Virus record (IMG/VR): IMGVR_UViG_3300037808_001064
Strand: one strand, 5' to 3'
DNA from: an uncultured virus (IMG/VR IMGVR_UViG_3300037808_001064)
Taxonomy: Duplodnaviria; Heunggongvirae; Uroviricota; Caudoviricetes
DNA length: 64,000 bases
Shown here: piece after piece, positions 56,213 to 64,000 of the stretch
Position numbering within the stretch: the first letter of the stretch is position 1
Layout of the letters: the number at the start of each line of letters is the position of its first letter
Notes under the pieces: model-generated
The model's input: the letters and a program-made list of their open reading frames with translations, nothing else
What the model was told of the DNA's origin: nothing
The model's database searches: none
Translations under genes and position numbers: made by a program

Positions 56213-57109
56213 TTACTGCTCCGTGTATTTGCCTTTACCAGTCCACACAGCGTGCCGGTTCCCGATTGTCATTGTCCCGTTCACATCGAACAGGCCGTCA
56301 TCATCCGGTGGCGTCGGTTCATCCGGATCCGGTGGTGTCAGACCCAACGGTGGGCCATAGTATTTCTGAGTCCGCTTCTTGTCTGCCGGCTGCAGTCGCG
56401 TGACGTTCGGGTTCATGAACGGACGCATGATAGACGTGCCGGAGTTCGCGTGTGAGAAGCCCATCGTGTGGCCGGTCTCATGAATAATGGTCCCGATCAA
56501 ATAATCGATCGACCAGTTCCGCCTGTCGTATTTTTGCCAGTGGGAATGTACTCGCCGGCTGCCGTTCGACAATAGTGCAATTGCCAGTGTGCTTCCGCCG
56601 AGTCTCTCCGACCACGTCGGGACATGTGCGGCATCGTAGTCGTCGATCATCACCAGGTTCACACCACATGTGTCGTTCCAGTTCTGCAGAGCAGTGTCCC
56701 ACGCCTTCTTTGTGTCCTCCTCATCGAGGCCCTGAAGAGCGCGAAAGCGAAGTGCGAAGGTGACTGGGGTTTCCGGGTTCGGCCATGTGCGAGTGCCGTT
56801 GGAGATGTTCAGCTCTTCGGACTCATTACTGGCCAGGTAGTCCGGGCAGTCGCAGACCCTCTCGTGTCCGTGAGAGTTCCTGCGAAACATCAGACTGTCG
56901 ACGGTGAACCGGCCAAACTCCTGGTCCTCCTCCAGCTCAGCCGTCATCTGATACGAGCTGACTGCCCGTTTGAATATCCGCGAGTTGATGTCCAACTCTT
57001 GCACCTTAAACCACGATGATCTTCCATCGTACTCAGAGTGAAAGTGCCCGAGCTTGTACAGCTCTCGCCTGGATACCTCTTCTTTCGGGGTCCATACGTG
57101 CGCCACCAT
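56213..57109 (-). CDS. Matrixin (M10) metalloprotease with a prodomain
   Basis: HETGHTMGFSH, Met-turn SIMRP, cysteine-switch-like CDCPD. Confidence 0.88.
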   Translation of the reverse strand: MVAHVWTPKEEVSRRELYKLGHFHSEYDGRSSWFKVQELDINSRIFKRAVSSYQMTAELEEDQEFGRFTVDSLMFRRNSHGHERVCDCPDYLASNESEELNISNGTRTWPNPETPVTFALRFRALQGLDEEDTKKAWDTALQNWNDTCGVNLVMIDDYDAAHVPTWSERLGGSTLAIALLSNGSRRVHSHWQKYDRRNWSIDYLIGTIIHETGHTMGFSHANSGTSIMRPFMNPNVTRLQPADKKRTQKYYGPPLGLTPPDPDEPTPPDDDGLFDVNGTMTIGNRHAVWTGKGKYTEQ

Positions 57110-57666
57110 CAGTCACTCTCCGACAATAACGCACGAGCCTCATCGACGGCCGCAACCAAAGCATCGCGGTCCTGATCCCCCTTCGCTGCCTCCATTGCAG
57201 CAACAAACGGTTTCAGCCATGGATCCCACTGTGGTGACGCGAACTCTTCCAGCACAACCTCCAAAGTTGAATTGACCGAGTTGTAGGCGACTCCGAATGT
57301 CATCAGCGAAGGTGGGATCTTCAACGAGAACTTCAGGGTCTCGACCTGCTGATGAAACTTCGCCAGCTGGCCGATGTCCTCCATCGCGTCCTGAACAGCG
57401 CCGATCCGGGATGATCCGTCCGGGGGAGTGGGCCCTTCTGGATCACCCGAACCGACTGGCTTTCCATGCAGGTCAACGGCCTGCAGAGGAGAAAGCGTGA
57501 GTTTGCCGTTTGCTTTGGTAATCTGAACGTAGTAGACGCCATCAGCGAAGGCGTCCGCACAGATTATGAGCGGGGCGGTTTTCGATACGGGCTCTTGTAA
57601 TGCAGTGCCGGCAGGTATGCCCGATAAACCTGCGAGAGCCAAGACGGTAAGGAAGTAGTACTTCAC
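57109..57666 (-). CDS. Secreted hypothetical protein, 185 aa
   Basis: Signal peptide; GGAGG SD. Confidence 0.65.
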   Translation of the reverse strand: MKYYFLTVLALAGLSGIPAGTALQEPVSKTAPLIICADAFADGVYYVQITKANGKLTLSPLQAVDLHGKPVGSGDPEGPTPPDGSSRIGAVQDAMEDIGQLAKFHQQVETLKFSLKIPPSLMTFGVAYNSVNSTLEVVLEEFASPQWDPWLKPFVAAMEAAKGDQDRDALVAAVDEARALLSESD

Positions 57667-58145
57667 TGGTCCTCCCCCCGCAGCTCCTCGATCAATCCCT
57701 CCATTGCGGCAGCCGATGTGGCAGCACCAGAATCAAGAGATGCCTGATAGGACCGGCGAGCGTAGGAGTCACGCAGGATGTTCCGCTCACGGCGAGAAAT
57801 CTTGCCGCCAGTGGGGTTCTTCTTGCGGGTGATGTTCTGCTTGGTTTTCAATTTCGAAATCCGCCACAACTGCTCTTTGTCGTCAGCAGTGGGATTTCGC
57901 GACCGATCAGAAAGCCGGCTGGAATCCTGAAGACCGCCGGAGCTGTCCTTGCACATGGCAATCATCTGCTTGATGCCAGTGAAAATTGAGATCAAGGTGC
58001 CCGGGTCAAAGAACTCCTCTGATATTCCGTTACCGGGCGTCTGCCCAACGAAATTGTTCAGCATTACCGCAGTACTGGTTTGATCGTGACTCATCTCTAC
58101 CTCCGCTTCAAAAAGGTGGGTTTCATCGAACCACAATTCTTTCAT
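57663..58145 (-). CDS. Hypothetical protein, 160 aa
   Basis: Coupled ORF. Confidence 0.65.
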   Translation of the reverse strand: MKELWFDETHLFEAEVEMSHDQTSTAVMLNNFVGQTPGNGISEEFFDPGTLISIFTGIKQMIAMCKDSSGGLQDSSRLSDRSRNPTADDKEQLWRISKLKTKQNITRKKNPTGGKISRRERNILRDSYARRSYQASLDSGAATSAAAMEGLIEELRGEDQ

Positions 58146-58429
58146 TACAGATCCCCATACGTCAAGTCTTCAGCCATGGCGATCTGCTCACGAATCTCAG
58201 ATTTCCGTGCCGCGGCCTTCGCCCACCGAAGCTCCAACCGCAACTTCGCAATCAGAGTGGGGGTCACCCGATCCCATACTCCTGAAGGAATCGTCAGCCG
58301 CTCAGTGGCGATCTCAACATGGTCAGCGAACATATCACCCATGTCGTGGCTGATTAGGGGTTTTGGTGAGGTTCGGATGTGCATTTGGTGGGTTTCTGAC
58401 CGAGGGGACAGCTTTTTGTACCGGGGCAC
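58145..58429 (-). CDS. Hypothetical protein, 94 aa
   Basis: GGGAG SD with GTG start. Confidence 0.55.
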   Translation of the reverse strand: MPRYKKLSPRSETHQMHIRTSPKPLISHDMGDMFADHVEIATERLTIPSGVWDRVTPTLIAKLRLELRWAKAAARKSEIREQIAMAEDLTYGDL

Positions 58430-58478
58430 AAATGGCTGCTCCCAGTTAAACCGTTTGCATCAAAGGAGTTAAGGCTGT

Positions 58479-58752
58479 GGGGACAAGGGGACAACATTCT
58501 GCCGAGAAAAACATATATAGGGAGAAAAAAAACAAACAGTAAATGTTAAAATAGGCAAGGAGGCTCTTTGCTTTTATTTCTCTTCACGTATCTCTCCATT
58601 TATCAATGTCCCATTGTCCCCTATTATTATTATTATCTTTTTTGTCTTCTTCTTCTTCTTCTTTAAGAAGGAGAATCGCTGGGTTTTTGAAACAGTCGGA
58701 CAAAATTTGACTCGGGGACAAACAGGGGACAAAGCCGGGACAGTGGGACAAA
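58479..58752. other. Putative replication origin: GGGACA iterons around an AT-rich core
   Basis: At least 8 GGGACA copies (two inverted), A-tracts, (TAT)n and (TCT)n runs; directly downstream of the primase gene. Confidence 0.65.
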
Positions 58753-58753
58753 A

Positions 58754-61621
58754 CTAGACATTGTCATACTCACTTCCCACCTCCGGAGCCTGCTGGGGCA
58801 TCACATCTGGTGCTGCGAAGTCACCTTGGTAGTCAGCAGAGCCCATCAGGTCGGCCGGCACAAACACGCCTCTTACCGAAGCGCCGCTGAATTTTGACTT
58901 TCCCGTGAACGCCCCGGGCAGCCTCTTGAGCATCGCCTTGATGTTCTGCCGCTCATACTGAGTGCCCTTCAGGAGCCCGCGGACGATGTATGAGGTTTTG
59001 CTGGTGCTGAAGAACACGTAGGCACCGTCGACCGCCTCTTTGTTCTCCATGCCTTCTCTCCACTCCTTAATCGTGTGCATCTGGCTGTACGGATACCGCT
59101 TGATGCCAATCCTCGCCAGCTCGCTCTCAGGAGACGGTGAGAGCCTGTCATCCTCAGCCTGCAGCAATTCACCCACAGACTTCCTGTGCCCTCCTGCGAG
59201 CATCACGAGGCTGTTTGAGATGGCACTCAGCACCAGCTCCTGCTCAGTCTCCTCTTCTTCCACTGTGTTCCTCATCAGCTCCTCCATGAGATCCTTATGC
59301 GACTTGATGGCCTCCTCGTCGGTCTGACCGGTTATGGCCCCGTACACAGCGGATGGGAGGGCATAGGACTCTGACTGACGCGTGTAATTGCCCTCCAGGC
59401 TGCTGGTGATGATCTCAGCCAGCTCTTTGATCCGCTTCCAGCATCGCATGATGACAGCGATCGACGCGTTCCTGAGTCGACTGATCACTTCCGGATCCTT
59501 CGGGATGTGGAAACGTGGCAGTCCTTTGCGGCTGCCCATCTCGAAGGTGATGTACCGGTTCACTTCCGTCTGCTTGTCCATCTTCATCTCAACAGCGGAA
59601 AACCACGGCATCAGCTCGTAACTGGACTCTACAGAGCCCTGCGCAGAGTTCGACCGGTAAGACTTCCCGAACGCCCCAGCCCGGTTCGAGGCCATCAGCA
59701 TGTCGAGAATGGCGGTTCTGTGGGGCGAGTCCTCGAATTCGTCGTGCATAAAGACCCTGCTCGACCGGCCGAGAGTATTCCGCACCGCGGGCTCCGTCGT
59801 GTTTGTCGTGGCGAACGCCATTTTGCCGAAGTAATCCGCCAGAAAGTCCATCAGGATGGTTTTCCCGGACGAGCTCTCACCAGTGATCGCAATCCATGGC
59901 CGCCAGTCCCAGAGCGATTGCCCCCATGATGCCATGGCCAGACAGGTGACAATCTGAGCGCCCAGCGGATGCTTGTGGCTGTCCCATCTGCCCAGAATCC
60001 CGGCCAATTCATTCATGTGTGCTGTTCGCCACTCAGGAGACTGGGCCGAGTCCAGATATTCGTACAGCAGGTCTTTATCGTACCACTCCTCTGCCTGGCT
60101 TCCGAAGTCCACAATCTTGTCGTCGACCATCGGCGCCGTGTAGCTCTGGACGCCGCCATTCACGGCCACCCACTCACCGGAGCCCACCGCGAAGATGCGA
60201 CCACCGCTTTCCCAGAGTCCCACACCCACGGTATTCGTCCGGGACAGCTCTTTCCCACCGGCTTCAGTGGCGATGGCACATCGCACATCATTCGGATCAA
60301 TCATGTCTTCCTGCTCCTTATCTGACTTACTGGGATTGGCGACTTTCTCAGCGGCGGCATCGTTGATGTATATCAGCATCTTGTTGTAGCTGAACTTATC
60401 AATGTCCTTGATGGTGAACTTGGCACACTCGGCCGCGTTAAACACCTCGATGTGACCCTCCTTGGAATGTCCCAGGACAATCAGGTCCAGTGATCGGAGA
60501 GTGAGCTGGTGATCAGTGAGACCGCTCTCCGTGTACATTTCGGTCTCAACCGCAGACTTCACACAGAACTCTGTTTCCTTGACGAGCCTCATGAGGTCGT
60601 CGTACGTGTTGCCCTCATCGAACCAGTCGCGGAGATCCTTGCCCTTCTTTGGGGCGATGTCGTATGGCAGCTGAAGGTTCCGGACGTTCTCAGCTGTGCG
60701 CAGCATGCAGTTTGTCCAGCGGATGGCTCCACCGTTCTTGCTGGACGACCCACCGAACTGGCCGGGCTCATCTGCGTCGTGGATGATGCAGATGTTCTTG
60801 CCCTTACACATGTCAGCAAACGCATGTGGAGTTCGGTCAGCATCACAGCCATCTGAGTTGGTCACCACAAGATGGACGTTCTTAAACTCTTCGGGAATCT
60901 CCTCCTGCAGCCTCAGCATGTCACTGATGCCTTCCACCTTGTAGATGATGGTGGCTTCCTTCCAGTGAGTCAGAGCATGCTTGTTCATGATCCCGGCTTC
61001 ACCGAGAGACATGCTGGTCAGCATCTGAGCCTGGGCAGCGTTGCCCCGGTAATGCTCAATTTTGCCACCGCCAGACTCCTGAATGACACAACCCTTCATG
61101 GGTGCATCGAATCCCAGGGCCGGGTCGTAGATGGGGAACGAGACGACCGACTGTGACCTGTTGGTTCCAGCCTGAGTTCCGCCAACCATCTGCAGGGTTT
61201 CGTCGGAGATCTTGAGCTTCTTACAGAGACCCATCGTGATCGCTGGCAGCCACGGCATGTACCGCAGCTTCGACCTGAAGTTGTCACCGCGACTACTCTT
61301 CGGCTTCTTACTGAGAACCTTCGCCTTCTTCGCCAGGTCATCCCGGCACTCGGTGTAGTTGCCGTACGGGCCATACTGGGCACCGAGGCTAAAAAAGGGA
61401 TACGACGGGCCCGGACCCTCATCGTTGTAGTAGCCGGAGATGCGGTTCACAGCACAGGACGGCTTGTTGTCAGCTCGGTCCATCGCGCGGCAGACCATCC
61501 ATCCCTTTGCTGTTACCGATCCGGTAAACTCAAGCCCCCACTCCCTGCAGGTCGCTTCGATGTCGATGGACTCGATGATTAACTGGTTGTACTCGTCCCA
61601 CTTTTCTTTTTCTGAGATCAC
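58754..61621 (-). CDS. Primase-helicase (TOPRIM plus P-loop domain), 955 aa
   Basis: VEGISD, HDAD..G, KDLRDW; Walker A GESSSGKT, Walker B FMHDEFE. Confidence 0.85.
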   Translation of the reverse strand: MISEKEKWDEYNQLIIESIDIEATCREWGLEFTGSVTAKGWMVCRAMDRADNKPSCAVNRISGYYNDEGPGPSYPFFSLGAQYGPYGNYTECRDDLAKKAKVLSKKPKSSRGDNFRSKLRYMPWLPAITMGLCKKLKISDETLQMVGGTQAGTNRSQSVVSFPIYDPALGFDAPMKGCVIQESGGGKIEHYRGNAAQAQMLTSMSLGEAGIMNKHALTHWKEATIIYKVEGISDMLRLQEEIPEEFKNVHLVVTNSDGCDADRTPHAFADMCKGKNICIIHDADEPGQFGGSSSKNGGAIRWTNCMLRTAENVRNLQLPYDIAPKKGKDLRDWFDEGNTYDDLMRLVKETEFCVKSAVETEMYTESGLTDHQLTLRSLDLIVLGHSKEGHIEVFNAAECAKFTIKDIDKFSYNKMLIYINDAAAEKVANPSKSDKEQEDMIDPNDVRCAIATEAGGKELSRTNTVGVGLWESGGRIFAVGSGEWVAVNGGVQSYTAPMVDDKIVDFGSQAEEWYDKDLLYEYLDSAQSPEWRTAHMNELAGILGRWDSHKHPLGAQIVTCLAMASWGQSLWDWRPWIAITGESSSGKTILMDFLADYFGKMAFATTNTTEPAVRNTLGRSSRVFMHDEFEDSPHRTAILDMLMASNRAGAFGKSYRSNSAQGSVESSYELMPWFSAVEMKMDKQTEVNRYITFEMGSRKGLPRFHIPKDPEVISRLRNASIAVIMRCWKRIKELAEIITSSLEGNYTRQSESYALPSAVYGAITGQTDEEAIKSHKDLMEELMRNTVEEEETEQELVLSAISNSLVMLAGGHRKSVGELLQAEDDRLSPSPESELARIGIKRYPYSQMHTIKEWREGMENKEAVDGAYVFFSTSKTSYIVRGLLKGTQYERQNIKAMLKRLPGAFTGKSKFSGASVRGVFVPADLMGSADYQGDFAAPDVMPQQAPEVGSEYDNV

Positions 61622-61636
61622 TGTTCACCTCCTGTG

Positions 61637-62149
61637 TTAAATATCTTCAAGTGCATGTTCACGCCAAAATCGATCAAGAATGCGGAACGTAACCAGCTCC
61701 GCGGATCTTTTGCTGGGACAAAGCCACCAATGCACATTGGGATATTTATCCATCTGCCACGAGATCATCGATCTCGGTATTGTCTTCGGATCCAGCTTGC
61801 TCCTCTTACACCCTTCCATGATTCGGCCGAGGTCAGCCTCAACAACCACCCATCCGCTTTCCAGTTCGTTCAGGCGGCACAGTTGCTTTTCAAATCGCGT
61901 CCGGTCAGCACCGACGCAGTTGTAAAGATCCTCCATCGACTTGCGTTCAACAGCAACGCGATGCTGAATGCCCTCAATGGAGTAGTCGCCGGTTTTCAGT
62001 CCCAGGCGTTTAGTGCGCAGCACTATTGTTCCACGAGTCTTGTCATCCTTTGTGTCGGCAGGAATGTCCATGAAGTCAAAAGTACTCTGCTCTCTGGTGT
62101 CGATAATCAACACGTACGGCCGGGTGACGAACTCCGTTTCCTTCGGCAT
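61637..62149 (-). CDS. ERCC4-domain nuclease
   Basis: IDTREQ, GDY, ERKS..DL. Confidence 0.9.
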   Translation of the reverse strand: MPKETEFVTRPYVLIIDTREQSTFDFMDIPADTKDDKTRGTIVLRTKRLGLKTGDYSIEGIQHRVAVERKSMEDLYNCVGADRTRFEKQLCRLNELESGWVVVEADLGRIMEGCKRSKLDPKTIPRSMISWQMDKYPNVHWWLCPSKRSAELVTFRILDRFWREHALEDI

Positions 62150-63441
62150 TAAATTGCTCCTGTGTAAAGCTCACTCAGAAAAGTCTTTCGGTCATCAAGT
62201 TTGCTCTTCAGAATCTGACGATTCAGGACACCCAGCTGGCCAATACTCAAGAGTATTTTTTTGGGGCGACTGAACCCGGTGTACACGAGGTTGCGATCGT
62301 TAAGGCCACAGTCATCAACCAAATAGATTGCAACAGGCCAGCCTGAGCCCTGCGTTGAGTGACAGGTCAGTGCGTAGCCGAGGACCACCTCTTTCTCCCA
62401 GCCAGGCTTTGTGTATTTCACAACACCGCCAGCATGTGAGACGTAGATGGCCTTGCCGAATGAGTCCAGGTTGCAAACGATTCCATCTTCGCCGTTGGCA
62501 ACGTAGGTCGACCCATGATCCTTCTGCATCCAATCGCCATCGAGGGTGTGCCATGTCGCACGATGCTTATTCTTTTTGCAGATGACTTTGTCCCCAAGGC
62601 GAAACGGACAGTTTGGTGTCTGCTGCCCATCCGGATTCAGTAGCTCCTGAAGTCGATGATTGACCGTCTTTCGGTCTAACTCTCCGGCGAGGTTTCTGGT
62701 GACAATCACCTGAACGTCCTTGATGGGATTGAACCCACGAGCCTTCATCCGCTCCAACATCAAGTCCAGCGTCTCAAGAATTTGATGGCCTCGGAATCTC
62801 TCCAGGTGCTTATAGTTTTCAGGACCATGGGGCCCAGCATCCGGGTCGAGATCTAACTTTGGGGAAGGCTCAATCTTTTCCCCCATGCGAATGCACTTGC
62901 AAACATGGGCGATCCGGCCGGCATAACGATGGACCTCGGTGAGGTGGGCATGAGGGAACATCTGCGACTCAATCATGTCCTTGAGTGGCTTACCCTTCCC
63001 CACGGGGCTCAGCTGGTAATCGTCACCGATCATCACAACCTGACAGCCTGGCCGAATGGCGGCGAAGAGCCATGACCCCTCAGCGGCAGCGATCATTGAT
63101 GTCTCGTCTACAAACACTCGATCCACGGGCAGGTGGCTTTTGTGGTTGTATTCGAACTCCCATCCCAGCCCGTCGTACCCAACCCGAGTTGGGATCAGAC
63201 CGGAGTGAATTGTCTTTGCTCTCAAGTCGACTCCGCACTCACTGAATGCTTCCATCATCCTTTGAGCTGCCTTGCCAGTGGGCGCAAAACAAAACGTGGA
63301 AATTTCTGGTGTCCGCTTAACCAATTCAGCGAGTAATGTTGTCTTTCCTGTTCCCCCGCCCCCCGTCAGCAAGGAGAACCTCGAATTCTGAATTAGTGTG
63401 ACTGCTTTCTCTTGGCTTTCTGTGAGTGTTAGCACTGGCAT
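62149..63441 (-). CDS. RecD-like SF1 helicase (motor domain only)
   Basis: GGGGTGKT, APTGKAA, VDETSM, GD..QL, YALTCHSTQGS. Confidence 0.9.
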   Translation of the reverse strand: MPVLTLTESQEKAVTLIQNSRFSLLTGGGGTGKTTLLAELVKRTPEISTFCFAPTGKAAQRMMEAFSECGVDLRAKTIHSGLIPTRVGYDGLGWEFEYNHKSHLPVDRVFVDETSMIAAAEGSWLFAAIRPGCQVVMIGDDYQLSPVGKGKPLKDMIESQMFPHAHLTEVHRYAGRIAHVCKCIRMGEKIEPSPKLDLDPDAGPHGPENYKHLERFRGHQILETLDLMLERMKARGFNPIKDVQVIVTRNLAGELDRKTVNHRLQELLNPDGQQTPNCPFRLGDKVICKKNKHRATWHTLDGDWMQKDHGSTYVANGEDGIVCNLDSFGKAIYVSHAGGVVKYTKPGWEKEVVLGYALTCHSTQGSGWPVAIYLVDDCGLNDRNLVYTGFSRPKKILLSIGQLGVLNRQILKSKLDDRKTFLSELYTGAI

Positions 63442-64000
63442 CCCTTAGTTTCGTTGTGTAGTTGAAAATTAGTCGCTCATTGATGGCATCGTCCTTCATC
63501 GCCAGCCATTTTTCGCCGGCCACAGTCTTCACGTTTATGAGCTTGGCCCGGCGTGCCAGCTCAATCGCTTTCTTTGGTTTGATGTCAGAGCCAACAAGCC
63601 GCCTCAGTTCCTTGATGGCCTCCTTAACGCTGAGCCATGTGCTCCCATCAGCCTGCTGAAGCAGATACCACAAGCAGACTGCCTGACGTTTCAGTTTGCG
63701 GGGATTGTGGCCACGAGACTTATAAAGCTCATCGCATCGAAGGAACCCAGCGGACGGATACTTTCTGATCAGCATCGTGAATGGGTCGTCCGCTATTCTG
63801 TCAAAGGCACAGACACCAAAATCGTCAATGGCACACTGGACGACGTTCGAACCGAACCCCCTGCCTTTTAGCAGCTGGTTCAGCTCAATTGCGGTGTCCT
63901 CAAAAGCCTCAGCCTGAGTGACTATGTCGCTACAAACCTTAGCCTGCTCTGTGGAGATCCCTGTGATTTCACACACCGTCTCCAGGTCTCCCTTGAGTGT
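63326..64000 (-). CDS. RecD2 N-terminal HhH-like protein, start lies outside the window
   Basis: ITGIS, I.DDPF.......GF...D pattern; frame open to the window edge. Confidence 0.65.
   Translation of the reverse strand, partial: TLKGDLETVCEITGISTEQAKVCSDIVTQAEAFEDTAIELNQLLKGRGFGSNVVQCAIDDFGVCAFDRIADDPFTMLIRKYPSAGFLRCDELYKSRGHNPRKLKRQAVCLWYLLQQADGSTWLSVKEAIKELRRLVGSDIKPKKAIELARRAKLINVKTVAGEKWLAMKDDAINERLIFNYTTKLRDASANTHRKPRESSHTNSEFEVLLADGGRGNRKDNITR

Noticed and set aside
1..64000. Alternative genetic code, reverse transcriptase, DGR, retron or IS element
   Set aside because: Genes are intact in the standard code using all three stops; no YxDD or DDE transposase motifs and no TR/VR pair seen

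Overview
The window is part of a tailed dsDNA phage or prophage genome, probably infecting a Planctomycetota host (inferred from DUF1580-like, trypsin/thioredoxin, matrixin and Cys-rich secreted proteins). Positions 1-29.9 kb are a minus-strand virion operon: scaffold, major capsid, decoration, TerS/TerL, portal, neck, tail tube, tail-tip proteins, a small modification cluster and a 2360-aa polyvalent protein. Positions 30-38.7 kb are accessory, 39-52 kb are divergent clusters of small early genes, 52-58 kb hold holin, protease and spike genes, and 58.5-64 kb are replication genes (origin-like iterons, primase-helicase, ERCC4 nuclease, RecD-like helicase). The main finding is a minus-strand locus at 33.5-36.2 kb where a stand-alone Cas7/RAMP-like gene lies between two non-CRISPR arrays. 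Their 49-64-nt units are (GGY-NN)n pentamers with hypervariable dinucleotides, each closed by GGCGGTC. This is a candidate RNA-guided system with a non-contiguous guide code. A second candidate system is a GGAGACC leader shared by 13 early genes, plus two small RNA candidates (a CCA-ended tRNA-like RNA and a promoter-hairpin-terminator unit) that display its complement. Also noted: an A10 frameshift fusion, a serine recombinase with two catalytic domains, and an atypical tRNA-Pro. All protein calls come from motif recognition by eye; no database searches were run.
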